Shown here in pieces: positions 49,945-61,830 of a stretch of 64,000 nucleotides of DNA. The stretch's first letter is position 1; the number at the start of each line of letters is the position of its first letter. The notes beneath the pieces were generated by a model. That model had not been told where the DNA came from and made no database searches. It saw only the letters and a program-made list of their open reading frames with translations. A program made the position numbers and the translations under genes. The stretch is from Vicugna vicugna (Eukaryota), in assembly GCA_013265495.1 (NCBI GenBank), contig MU058781.1, positions 6,104,522-6,168,521 of the forward strand, given 5' to 3'.

Positions 49945-50088
49945 TTCAAGCTACCCAGTCATAAATATTCCAACAGGGTGCAAAAAAAAAAAAAAAAAAA
50001 AAAAACAGGGGGAAAAAAAAAAAAAAAAAAAAAAAATTCAAGATCAAAGTCATAAAAATTCCAAAAGGGTGAAAAAAAAAAAAAAAAA
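49945..50088. repeat. Poly(A) runs (A24, A24, A17) with a duplicated ~36-bp unit
   Basis: Directly visible; see findings. Confidence 0.85.
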
Positions 50089-51362
50089 GATAGCCAAGGT
50101 GGAGAAAAGTGAGAATCAATAGTAAGAAAAACAGAAACACTGTGTAAGAATTCGTGGAAGTTAAAAAAAAAAAAGAATTTGTGGAAGTATAAGAAATCAA
50201 GGATTGACTAAAAGCTGATAATTGAAAATAAAACGTGGAGAGGTAATTCTTTGGTTGGACAAACCCTCCTGTTTACTCCTCTATACATTTCCCTCCCAGC
50301 TCCCTTTCTGTCATCCTGTAAATACTCCTAATTTGTACTTTTCTGCCCAGCATCTGCTTTAAGTCTCTTGATTCAGCTCGTGTTTACTCCCGTATGTTCT
50401 TGATTGAAGATGGGGAGGGGGTTTATCTGAAGATGGAGTGGTGGGGGGAGTCACCTTGGAGAAAATACTAAAGATTCAAGCAATGGCTACCCTGCCTGTT
50501 AAGAATGCTTCCCTCAACATCAGAACAAGAGGTGACTGAAAAACCTCTGAGGTACACACTGAATAAGTCAAGACATCGGTAATACACATTTAGGCCAGCG
50601 TCACATTGTGGAGAACAGGGTCCCAGAGGAAGGCAGAGGGGAGCATCTCCACCTGCTGCTCCCTTAGGGACACTCCTCTGAACTCAGTGGGAAGAAGGCA
50701 TGCCCCTTCCCATGTGTCTTTGTGCAGGGTGAGGAAGGCACCAGAGACCTGCAGCTTTCAAGCCTAATAAGTAGGTCAAGTGGGAGTCTGCAAATTAAAA
50801 ATGAAAATCAGGAAGGGGCAAAAATTATACCTGATGGCTAAATTACCAGCAAATGACTCCACTCAGCATGGTGAAAAGGGGGAAAAATAATAAAAAGAAT
50901 TATCTGATCTGTGGAAATCAAGTACGCTTATCAAAGCAAGCACACAGACTCTGAAATCCAACATAGCATGAGTTTTAATATTTCATTTTAGGAGATGTTT
51001 GAGGTCTTGGTTTGATGGGTAGCTTTCATTTGATACGAAGAGTCCAGAAAAAAAAATGCTAGGCACTAGGAATTATTACTTGTGACCCCCATCTAGAGGC
51101 CCCATGGCCACAGGTCAGGAGTCCCCACCTGCTCCACCACCTCTGTGTGAGCCTCATGTGGAGGACAGCAGACATGGATAGGCTTTCCTCCTAGACCTTT
51201 TACAGCAGAGATAGTAACACTTCCTAAGAAATCTGGGGGCTAGAGCCAGCTTGAGGATGCGGGAGGGAGGCCGACTCGAGACTCCAGGGAAGAAGAGGCT
51301 GTGCTTGGCTCTACGAATATCCCAGCTCAGAGCACATTAACAATAGGAAGTCAGAAGAAGGC

Positions 51363-51813
51363 TGTACTGGGTCCCCCGGAAATGCATGTCCCTCCAAAAC
51401 CTCGGAATGTGACTTTATTTGGAAGTAGGGGTTGTTACAGATGTAATTTGTTAAGCCAAGGTTTTTACTGAATTAGGACGGGCCCTAAATCCAATGACTG
51501 GTGTCCTTACAAGACCCAGATACAGACAGACAAACAGACGCACACACACAGAGGAAAGATGACCATATGAAGACGGAGCAGAGATCCAAGTGATGCAGTG
51601 TCAAGCCAAGGACTGCCAAGGACTGCCAACAGCCACCAGAAGCTAGAAAGAAGCAGGAGAGAATTCTTCCCTGGGCTTTAGACAGAGTGTGGCCCTGCTG
51701 ACACCTTGATTTTCGACTTCTAGCCACCGGAATGCAAGAGAATAGAGTTTTGTTGTTTTAAAGCATCCGATTTGTGGTGCTTTGTTATGACAGTCTTAGG
51801 AACCTAGTATACG
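51363..51813 (+). mobile_element. MaLR solo LTR (MLT1B/C-like), full length
   Basis: TGT start; 'gaatgtgactttatttggaa...ccctaaatccaatgactggtgtcctt...ccaccagaagctaga...ggccctgctgacaccttgattt...tttgttatgacagtcttaggaacctagtatac'. Confidence 0.92.
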
Positions 51814-52509
51814 TGAGGGCGATCACAGGCGGGGAGACTGACAATAGGTGACAAAAGGAGAGAGGGAAGAGTCAGCATAACTACAAAAAGCTGACCCCAG
51901 GACAGTAAAAGCCCAGCCTCCCAGGCCCTTTAACCATAGAGTAAAGAACCCGATGCAGCCCACACACGCAGTCGGGGACGGAAGGAAAAGTGAGAGGACG
52001 TTTTAAAAATCAAGTCTCGGGACAATTTTGATGTGCATGAAAGTAATACTCAAATCCTCATTGGCCAGATCCTGCAAAGGGAACAGCAGGCAGGGGCAGA
52101 AAAGAAAGCGTCTTTTGTTTCCAAGGGGCAGTGTTTTTAGCTGCAGTCTGCTGGAAGCTGTTCCTTCCCACTCGAAAGCACAGGGGAAAGATAAATCGCT
52201 CCTCCTAGCAGGTTGCAAGGCGAGATCAGAGGGTTCGTTGGAATCGGTACAGTAAGAGATTCAGAGACTTAGAATAAATGGTGGAAGTCAGGCTGGGAAG
52301 ATGGGCGGGGCAATACCTTCTCAGGTATTTCTCCACATGCCCAACGCCAGTTAGCATCTTCCATTCCTCAAAATGTGATCCCAAGCCTTCAAGACCTTCC
52401 CTGAGACCCCAGACCTTGTCCTTCTGTTCCCTTCTTCATTTTTACATCCCTGCATTTTTACTACAAACAGAACGTTCAGGCCATCTACCATGCATTCTCT
52501 CAACCTCCT

Positions 52510-54340
52510 AGCTCCTTGCCTACAAGCATTCATTCCGTGTCTTTCCCTCCCATCCTGAAGAGCAGGCATCTCCCTCATGTTCAAAGTCAACGCCTCCACC
52601 TTGTCTTCTGAGGGACCTTGCTCCATTAGCTATCTCCTCTTCCATGTCCCTTTGGTACAAAGTATATTAAATCCTTCACAATTTAGGAAACCTCTCCCTG
52701 GCTTCTGGGATAGAGCCCATCAACCTCAGTAATTACCCTTTTCTACCCCTTCCCCTCTTGAGGCTCCTTGGAAGAACAGACTGCCTTGAACAGTTGCATT
52801 TTTGCACCATCCTGATGCAAGTCTGACTGTTGGCCCCACCATTACACTGAAACCATCCTAGCCTAGGTGATTGCCAAAGAAAGGTGGACGCACTGTACTC
52901 TTATCTTAGGAGATACCTCCTTGAAATTCTATTTTGTGAATTAAATGGCACTCCTCTCTTCTTGTTTTACTTCTACTTCTCTGGAAACTCATTTTTTATT
53001 CCCTCCCCTTGATCTCCTTTTGCTTTGGGATTACCTCATGGTCTTCCAATAGCCCCTTCTTTTTAAAATTCTGAGTCTTTTTTACTCTAAGAATAAAATG
53101 CTTGGGAAGCCTCTGCCCAATGAATATCATTCACACTCATATCTTAATACGTGCTGGTGCATCTGAAATCCATATCTAACGCTCTGTTCTTTCTCCTTAC
53201 GTGTTCTCTTCCAATTCAACATGTTCAAAGTTTAACCAGTCATCTTGGTCAATTACTTCTTAACCCACCCCAACCCCCAATCAAAAAACCTTGCCCTCCC
53301 GCTAAGCACCTTTCATTCACTACTGATAATTCAACTAAGGTTTCCTGAAGTACCAAGTGTCTAAGTGCTTGGTCCTGGGCTTGCAGAGATAAATGAGATT
53401 TCAGAGAATGGTAGGAAAGAAAGACAAACAAATATGTAACTTATAGTTTAATAACAGAAGTAAAACTAGAAGGATGTACTAGATATAGAGACAGCATGAA
53501 AAAGAAGATGATTATGTGGCTCAGAGTGGAGGGAGATTATTAAGTCAGCAGGGCCAGGGAACACTCCCAAAGACAGATGAGACGGTCTCTTCCCACAAAG
53601 AGCTGCTGGTCTGTCTCAGTGAATGCCCACCGCCATCAATCTACACCCTAGCCTGAATCGTGGGAACATTCCTAGAGTCATCTCCTACATTACATCAATT
53701 CCTATCAGTTCAATCAGTGCAAAACTCTCTCAAAACTTATCTCTTGGACAAATTTAGTTTATCTCCTAATGGGCTTAACTCCCATTTCACTCCCAATTCT
53801 ACCTCCATGAGAGCAAGGAGTTCGCCCACGGTGGTCACTTGTCTAAGGTGCATGAACAGGTCCATTTCTGTTCAGAGCGGATACTTAATTAGCTGTTGAA
53901 TGCAAGAACAATCCAGAGTGGAATTCCTAAAACTGAGATCTTCTCATGTCACTTTATCCTTTACAAATCTTCAGGGCTCCTCATTGCAATCAAAGGAAAA
54001 TTGAAAATTGACTTGGCAAACACAGCCATCTTTACATTCACAGCTCTGCAGATTTTATCAGCAGACAAGTCACTTATTCAAGCTTCCATGTTTTCTTTTC
54101 TCTTCTCTCCCTCAGAATACATTCACCTAGCTGGTCCTCCAGACAGACTTTTCATCATTACAAATTCAGGCATTTTTTTATTTCTCCCATGCATCCTCTC
54201 TGACCCAACAAGACTATGACTTGTCCTTGACTGTATATGTTCTTAGATTCTCACACTATTGATCACTAATTATGTCTTCAGCATATTCACATCTCTACTT
54301 CCCCCATAGAATTGTGAGCTCCTTGAAGACAGGACCTAGG
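52510..54340 (+). mobile_element. Fragmented L2 (with an antisense L2 piece at about 53345-53585)
   Basis: L2 landmarks 'ccccaccattacactgaaac', 'tacttctctgg', 'caacatgttcaaa' and the 3' end 'tagaattgtgagctccttgaagacaggacc'. Confidence 0.65.
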
Positions 54341-55176
54341 AGTCAGAACAAAACAACCCCCCCACCAAAATCAACCTAATTAGCATGTGATGGTGTCACT
54401 GCTGGGTCAAAGAGAAAACCACAAACATAAACAAACACAGGCTGATTTGAGATGCTGCTTCTATTATACACATATTTCTGTCTTCCAGGGTGAAATTATA
54501 TGATGTTGATATAAGAAGGCAACCAAGTGTGTAATATATTTACAAAGATTTCTATCAAAACGGTTGAGATTTTAAAAAATATTTGGGAGCGTACAGAGGA
54601 TAAGCTTTAATTATCTGAAGACTCATTGGTATGGAACACCTCATTGCCTTCCAAAACTCAGTAAGTGGATATACACAAAGGGTTACAAAACACGCAGGAA
54701 TATCTTCAGAGCCAACGCGTGATGACAAACTTGACTGGTAAGAGCTGCACTGTGAAGCCTCAAAGGAAAAACTAGAAAGACCAGGGATAAAAGCCTCAAA
54801 ACTGGGGAGACTATAAAACATTCAGCAGGAGAAGGGAAGGGTGATACAGCGCTGTGGGAGGGCCAGAGTTCTGGAGGCCTGAAAGAGAACTCTTCCTCTT
54901 TTAGACATAAAGGGTGACTGCTGCTTATAAAGTGTTTTCAAAGTCATGGTATTTAGCATGCCTTTGACTCTCTTGATTTGCGAAGCGTGATTATGAATAT
55001 TAACTCATTGATCAGCCTGCAAAACACTCTTAAGAATTCAGTAACCCTGGATCCCAATTAAAACGAAGCAAACATGCCTGAAGAAGCCACATAAAACCCC
55101 ATGGCTGGGTCAGCATCCTCAGCAGCAATGAGGTCAGCCATTGCAGATGTAAACTGCTCAGGTCTTGGCCTTGGGC

Positions 55177-55481
55177 CAGTGTTTCCCAAGTTCCAGAACC
55201 TTCCTATGGTGAATTTAGTTGGTAAAGAATAGATTTTCCCCCCAATTTTATTGAGAAGCCCAGATATTTTTCCTTTTAATAGTTGATTATTTTAATGTGC
55301 CTTTGGACAATTTCTAAACATAACATCTTACTTACGACTTTACAATGCTTAAGATGAGTACCCAGAAAGTAAACAGGAAGTCTACTGAAAGAAAAATAGC
55401 GATGGTGCTGACATCATGTGCCCATGGAAAAGGCCACCAGGGTGATACGGAGTCGACGAGCTGGAGTTTGGGGAAACACTG
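55177..55481. mobile_element. Non-autonomous hAT-Charlie-type DNA transposon
   Basis: Terminal inverted repeats CAGTGTTTCCC (55177-55187) and GGGAAACACTG (55471-55481); TSD not preserved. Confidence 0.7.
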
Positions 55482-56374
55482 AGTTAAGAATGAGCCTGAC
55501 TCTGCCTGTTTAATCTTGTCGAAACTAAACGATTCTAAATCTGTGAGGTTTTTATTTCCGATGTGGATTTAAAGGAAAGGGGACAGAAAAGGGGGATGAT
55601 GTGAGGGAAAGGAAGCACACAGGGAAAGCCTCACAGGCAAGCACTAAAGACCAGTTAAAGAAATCCAGAAGAAATAAGTCCTTTGAATGCAGCATATGAG
55701 ACGGTCTTCGTGAAGAAGCATCTCAGTTTCTAGAGGGGCCCAGAGAAACAGCAATCACTCGGCATTCTTCTCACCAACATCTTGCCCAAACAGCACGCGG
55801 CAGGGGCTCAGTCTAACAGCAGGCAGATCACACAGAGCACTCAGAGCCCAGTTCTCTTAGTAGAGGCAGGCTCCTGGAGGTATCGACCCCCAAAATGGGG
55901 TACTTTTTGAAGGACCTTTCCATTTCCTGTTTTCAAACTACCTCTTCTAATTGCATGCTTGCAGTTGGTAGGAATTTAATAGAAGAAACCAGGCTGAGAA
56001 AGAGGTGACACAGAGGTGTGTCAGGTCAATTCCACAAAGGTCACAGAAACAGGAGGCAGTCAACAGACTTGCTAGAATGAAGGCCTGGGACGTCACATTT
56101 CAGCCACTAAGGGATGCTCCATGGTCTGCTACAGAAGAGTCCAGCCTCTGCCTAGGACATCTCTCCACCCAATCTCCGTCCACTCCAGCTGATACAATAG
56201 TCCATTCTCCCAACCTAGTTGGAACCTCTTCATTTTTCAAGATTCAGCCTGACCTCACTTCTTTCAGAAGATCCCTGGTTCCTGTGTCCTGAGTTAGAGC
56301 CAATGTTCTGGGCTCCTGTGATGCCCTCTTCCTCCTCCTTCCCTAGCTCCCTCCCTCCCCCTCTCCTTACCTCC

Positions 56375-56785
56375 CCTATTAGATCCTTCAGCAAGTGTTT
56401 ACTGCCCACCTACTACTATGTGCTATGAGTATTCTAAGCACTAGAGCTATAAAAGCAGCACTTGTGTTTTCATGGATTGGACATGGTCGGTGGGGTACAG
56501 CCTCCTGAAAACACTCCACATTATAAACAACATACTTTTTGATAATAAAAGTTCTCTGATGACAACCAAAAGGGTTGCGTGTAGTGACCCGAGGAGGGAG
56601 GGTCCTTTACATTAGATTGTGTAGACAGAGAAGGTCTCCCTGAAGAGAGAATTTTAAGCTGAGACCTTGATAACACAGAAGAGTCTTTAAGTGGGAAGAT
56701 TTGGAAGATCGGTGGCAACAGGCTTGTAAAGACAAGGAACGGCTCTTGGGAGTTTCTGGAACAGAAACAAGGCCAGTGGGGCGAG
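56375..56785 (-). mobile_element. L2 3' portion
   Basis: 'ttcagcaagtgtttactg...ctatgtgcta...cagagaaggtctccctgaagag...ttaagctgagacc...caaggccagtg'. Confidence 0.8.
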
Positions 56786-56920
56786 GATCTTCTCAAAATC
56801 ACCCAAGAAGTTATTTTAAAGCCTTGCTTGTTTGCCAGACATTCTGATTCCTCAGGTCTGGGGCAGGCTGGGCGTCGCGTATGGTGAACTACTGCCCAAG
56901 GTGCCCTGCAGATGCATCAG
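56786..56920. mobile_element. MER5A-like fragment
   Basis: 'ttctcaaaatcacc...ccagacattctgattcctcaggtctggggcagg'. Confidence 0.6.
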
Positions 56921-56929
56921 ACTTGACAC

Positions 56930-57818
56930 ATTCACAGCCAGACTCATCATCTTGCCCTCACTCACTGTCCTTTCTCTGAGCCTGACCAACCAGCTCCCCT
57001 GGAATCCTATTCCGACATTGGCAGCTCACAGCCACCTAAGTGGCCAATCAGAGTCTGGCGTGATTCCTCCATCAATGTCACGATGAAACTTAACCAGATT
57101 GAATCCCATTCATTTTACCATCAAAATATCTCTTAATTTGGTCTCTTCTCTCCTTGCCAGTGCCAAGTGCGGTAGTTCAGACTTTCATCACCGCTCATCT
57201 CTAGTCCCCTAAGCTTGCCCACGGTCCCCACGTGCCAAGTATCTTCCACACTGCAGTCAGCGTTCTCTTTCTAAAACACGGAACGTGATCACAGTGGTGA
57301 ATCTCTGCCTATGATGGAGTTTACTGACATTTCCTTCCCAAACATTGCTGACTCTCTTGCCTGTTAAACGTAACTAATAACTCCGTGTGCTCACAGAATC
57401 AATCTCAAGTCCTTGCTATGGTTAATCAGACCCTTATAAATCTGCCTCCAAGGTGTGTCCCTCACACCTCTCTAACATTCTATTTCCTGCAACTACTTCT
57501 TGCTTCTAGAACCTGCCTCTCTGTCTTCTCACCAGTTCTTTCCTCTGCCTAGAATGCCCTTCTCCCCAGGCAAAGTTCCCTTGTTTTTCAAGTTCCAGCT
57601 CAAATAAAGCCTCCTCTAAAAGTGTGAGTGCTATGTTCTTGGTACCCCCACCAACAGCACTTAGCACTTTATATTTTCAGGACTCCTGGTGTGGTTATAA
57701 ATATTTGAATCTCCATGAGCCTCTCAAGGGCAGAGACTGGATCTCATTTATCACTTTATTTCTAGCACCTAGTGTAGTATCTGGCACAATGTGCTTAAAA
57801 AGATGTTTGTTGAATGGG
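56930..57818 (+). mobile_element. L2 3' portion
   Basis: 'tccacactgcagtcag...tttctaaaacac', 'ttcctctgcctagaatgccct', end 'agggcagagact...ctagcacctagtgtagtatctggcaca...tgtttgttgaatgg'. Confidence 0.8.
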
Positions 57819-59019
57819 TAAACCAATGAGTTTCCTTTGTCTCCCAAACCCATCTGCCATATATTTTTGATATCCAACCCCCCACCCTTTGCAAGCAAAC
57901 ACAAAAAACAAACAAGATCCAAACTTTCAAGCCAATTCTATTCGGAACGGCCCCCATGGATGCTTCCCCAGTCACAGCTTTAAATAATGTAAGGTGATGC
58001 TAAATTGGAATGATCTTGGCACAGTAACGGCATCTGAGATTTAACTGAGTTTGGGCCAAAAGATTTCATTTTTCAAGTGGTGTGCCAAAATGGCTAAAAC
58101 AGAAACAGGCAGGCACTGCTTTAAATATAGTTTGCTGCTTCTTCTGTTCGGGGAGTTACTGGCCCACTTTGAAACTGGTGAAAGCTCTCTGGTGGGGAGA
58201 AAAGCAATGATCCTTCGTTTTAGTTTAACTACAGGTAGAACAGCCACTCGGAGACACAGACGTGTTTCAACGATTTGTCCAGGCACTTTTATTTGCATTT
58301 ACCTGATACAGTGCCCTGCTAAGAACGTGTTAACACAGAGGAATTTCTTTACAGTTGGCTGTGCTTAGAAGTCTAGGCAAAAAGGTTAGTGAGATCTAGA
58401 AAAAAGATGTCAGTTTATTTCCCTTAGCCAGGGGCTTACCCACTGTCAGAAGTGGGGTCACAGATAGAAAAGGCAGTGGCAGGGCTGGGCTAGAAGAGTT
58501 CTGACACATAATCATGTAGGAACACAACCAGAGCCTAGGGAGCAGGGGGCTGCCATGGCACAGAGAAGACCCCTGTGTTGGTTCCCTTGGGTTGTTCAGC
58601 TATGCCCCTCTTTGCCTGGACAATGGAAAGGAGCTTCACGGAGCAGGGCTCTCGCTTTACAGAATGTGGGCTGCTTAACTTCAGGGTGAAGCCACCACGC
58701 TGGCTGTTTTCCATTTCCTTATTATAAAATGGGGGATTCAGGTCTAGGAGAGTAAGAGTCTTTGAATTCAGAGGATTCAAAGATTGAATGCAAAGGCATA
58801 CAGTGCACATCAGGGAAGGCTGCACAGAAGCTATGGGCTGTGGGAAGTACCCAGGAAACCACACAAGATGTAGAGGGTAAGCGAGGAGGTTCAGAGTTGC
58901 TCTGAAGGGAAGGTTGATGTGCAGAGACAGAGAAGGGGGAAGTTTGTCCCAGGACAGTCAGCAAACCTATTTGGTAGGAGAACTAAGTCCGACCATATCT
59001 GTCATTTAAATCTTTAATC

Positions 59020-59335
59020 TGCTAACATTCACCGACTTCCTTCTGTAGGCTGAGTACTATCCTAGAGGCCTGGGGACGTAGGGGAAAAAAAGACATGGTT
59101 TATGTCCTCAAATAACTCAGCCTAATGGAGGAATCAGCCTGGCAAACATGTTCAGAGCAGTATGATCGAGGCTGCGGTAAGAGGAAAACAGACGCCTGGA
59201 AGCACGCAGAGAGGAGGGCCTGGTTGCCCGGAGGAGTCACTGAAACCCCCACGGAGGTGATGACATTGGGACTGGGCCTTAAAGAGAAGCAGGGGCTTGC
59301 CAGGACAGGCAGAAGGGTGCTCCAGGAAAGAGAAG
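59020..59335 (-). mobile_element. L2 fragment
   Basis: 'agacatggtttatgtcctca...cagcctaatggagg...cacggaggtgatgacattgggactgggcctt'. Confidence 0.65.
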
Positions 59336-60249
59336 AGGCTCTCACTAAACCTGCCCTCCGCTCCTGCTCCCTGTGAACCCTCAAGGACTTCCAGTCTCCT
59401 TAACGTTTCTCGGCCACACCAGACTCACTTTCAGTCCACTCGCTCTGCTCGTTTACCTGCTGGGTGTGCCAAGCTTGGGATGCCCGTTCCTGAACGCCGA
59501 GGCCCAGGACCCCCACCCTCAGGCTTTCCACGTGGTCTCTCCATTGGAGAAATGATGTTAATGCTGGGTTGTCCAGCCATCAGGCAAGGCAGTGCACAGC
59601 AGTGTTTAGGGGCTGGCAGAAACTCCTACAGAACCGCTCACTGGGGTCCTTCTTCTCCTGTTTCCGAAAACATCTCGGGAAAATGTGATGCCAAGGTAGC
59701 AAATGGCTGCCACTTTTCCAGCCCACAGTGTTCCCTCCCTGCTTGGAAATTCTAAAATGCTCTTAGTTTGTACTGCCAACTTAGAATATATAAATGTATC
59801 ACTTTAAAAATAAATTCATTTTAATTGTTTCTTCTATGTCACTAACCAGACAATAGTTAGTTGTAGAGATGGCTGCATCTCACTGACTTGACAATAAGGT
59901 CTCTCGTGACAAGAACCAACTCTCATACACTTCCATAAGTAGCGTGACCTTCTGCCCCGGGTCATTAGAATCCATTCCAGTTACACCAATTACTAGATGG
60001 CCCTACATAGAATCCTCCCACTTAACCAGCCCTGTGCTGGAAACATCCATCCACTCAATGGAAGGCCCACAAAAAAATTTTGATTAATTCCTTTTTTCCA
60101 AAATTTTACCAACCATCTGGTCCTGAAGACAAAAATGTGTCAGAGCATCGCCTTCATCTGCGTCAGCAGCTGTATTCACTGGATCTGACATCATTCCTTT
60201 CATGCAAATGCTTCCTAAAGCTCCAGCTCTTGCCCTGATGTGTCACAGG

Positions 60250-61200
60250 ATGGTCAAGACTCCCATGGTCCTCTAACCCTGGGCACTTAGACTCAACGTG
60301 TCCAGAAGTTACCCCACCAACTCATCCTGGTAACTGCTCTTCCTCCTTCATCCTGTCTCTGCGAATGGCATCCGTTCTGTGGCTCAAATCAAAACCCTGT
60401 AAGACATCTTTCCATTCTCACTAGAGGAACCATAAAATTTATGATTCGAAGTACTGCATTCATGGGAGTGAAAGGAGGTGCTCATAGTAATTACTCTGGC
60501 ACAACCAGGACTATTCTGGGCAAACCGGGACCCAAAGCGACTCTCCCTCTTACTTTCCCTCGCCACTTAATGATCGATCCATCAATCAGTCACTGAATCT
60601 TGTCAATTCCATCTCCTCAATCTCTCTCAGGCTCTGGTGCCCCATCGTCTCTTGCTCTTAGTCTTGCAGGTTTCCAAATTCTTTTCTAACCTAAAGGACA
60701 GGTCTTTCTAAAATATACATTTAACCATCTTGCCTTAAAAACTCTTCAGTGGTTTTACTTTTATTTTTTTTAAGAAATAAGTTCAAGCGCCTCAATTTGG
60801 TTCCCATTTACATCTTTAACATCTTCTTTTATTGCCCTCGTCTCTTAATACCCTGGCAATTTATGTTCCAGCCAAAGTGAAGTACTTTAGTTTCCCTCTA
60901 GTGCTACTCTCTTATCACACAGCCTTTACACATGCTCTGCCCAGGGCCTCACACACTTCCTTCTCCTCATATCTTTCCCATGATGAACTCTTCTTCATCC
61001 TGCAGTACCCCTTCAATCTTACCCCCAAGGTTTACCACAAGCTTCCACCCAGCGACTGGAATGCCTTAATGAAAACACAAATCTAACCATGTCACTTCTT
61101 TGATTAAACAATTCAGTAATTTTTTTTGATCCCCTACAGCAGCAAATCCAACCTCCTTAGCAGATCTCTGCAAACACTGATTTCCACTGCTGTCTTTGTT
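60250..61200 (+). mobile_element. L2 fragments (interrupted by MER94)
   Basis: 'ggcacttagactcaacgtgtcca', 'atcaatcagtcactgaatcttgtcaattccatctcc', 'tctttctaaaat', 'taaaactcttcagtgg'. Confidence 0.7.
60422..60552. mobile_element. MER94 hAT element
   Basis: 'accataaaatttat...gagtgaaaggaggtgct..tagtaattac...ggacta..ctgggcaaaccgggac'. Confidence 0.75.
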
Positions 61201-61244
61201 CTTACCGCTCCTCGTGTCTAGAATGCCCCTCCGTGTTTTTCTGG

Positions 61245-61450
61245 AGGGATGCTGGGTTTGAATCTTGGTTCTAACACTTATTAGTGGGTGATCTTGAGCA
61301 AATGTTTAACCTCTCTTTGTGTGTTTATTTTACCCTCAGTACAATAGGGATAATCACAGTATCCATCTCAGAGGGTTTTTGTGACGATGACACCAATGAG
61401 TATTTTAAACAGTGCATACGGTAAACTTTCAGCAAGTATCAGCCATCATC
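61245..61450 (+). mobile_element. MIR SINE
   Basis: 'ctgggtttgaatcttggttcta.cacttattag..ggtgatcttgagcaa...taacctctct...ggataatcacagtatccatctcagaggg'. Confidence 0.85.
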
Positions 61451-61649
61451 GCTCATTTTCTTATTGCTACTGATCTTCCAGACATTATCTCCATCAAGAA
61501 ATTTCTGTTCAGCCTCCAGGTTTCATTCACTCAGTAATACATTTAAACCCCTACAGTCTTCCAGAGACTCTCTAGATACTAAGAAATAAAGATGAATAAG
61601 GTACTACCTGTTTTCAAGAATATCACAGTGTAACCCTCCTCCCATATCG

Positions 61650-61830
61650 CTTGTGGTAACGGTATCATTTTATCATAATGTATCAATGTCATCTGTTCAT
61701 ATGGCACCTCCCCTATGAGGCTGTGGTCCTCAGAGGCAGTGATGGACATGTTCACTCTTGAGTCCCCAGTGCCTAATACACTTCCTGGCACATGGTAGGT
61801 TCTTAATCAATGTTTGTCACACTGAACAAA
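61650..61830 (+). mobile_element. L2 3' terminus
   Basis: 'ttcactcttgagtccccagtgcctaatacacttcctggcacatggtagg..cttaatcaatgtttg'. Confidence 0.75.

Noticed and set aside
51605..51629. Tandem 10-mer GCCAAGGACT
   Set aside because: A similar duplication is part of the MLT1 LTR consensus as I recall it.
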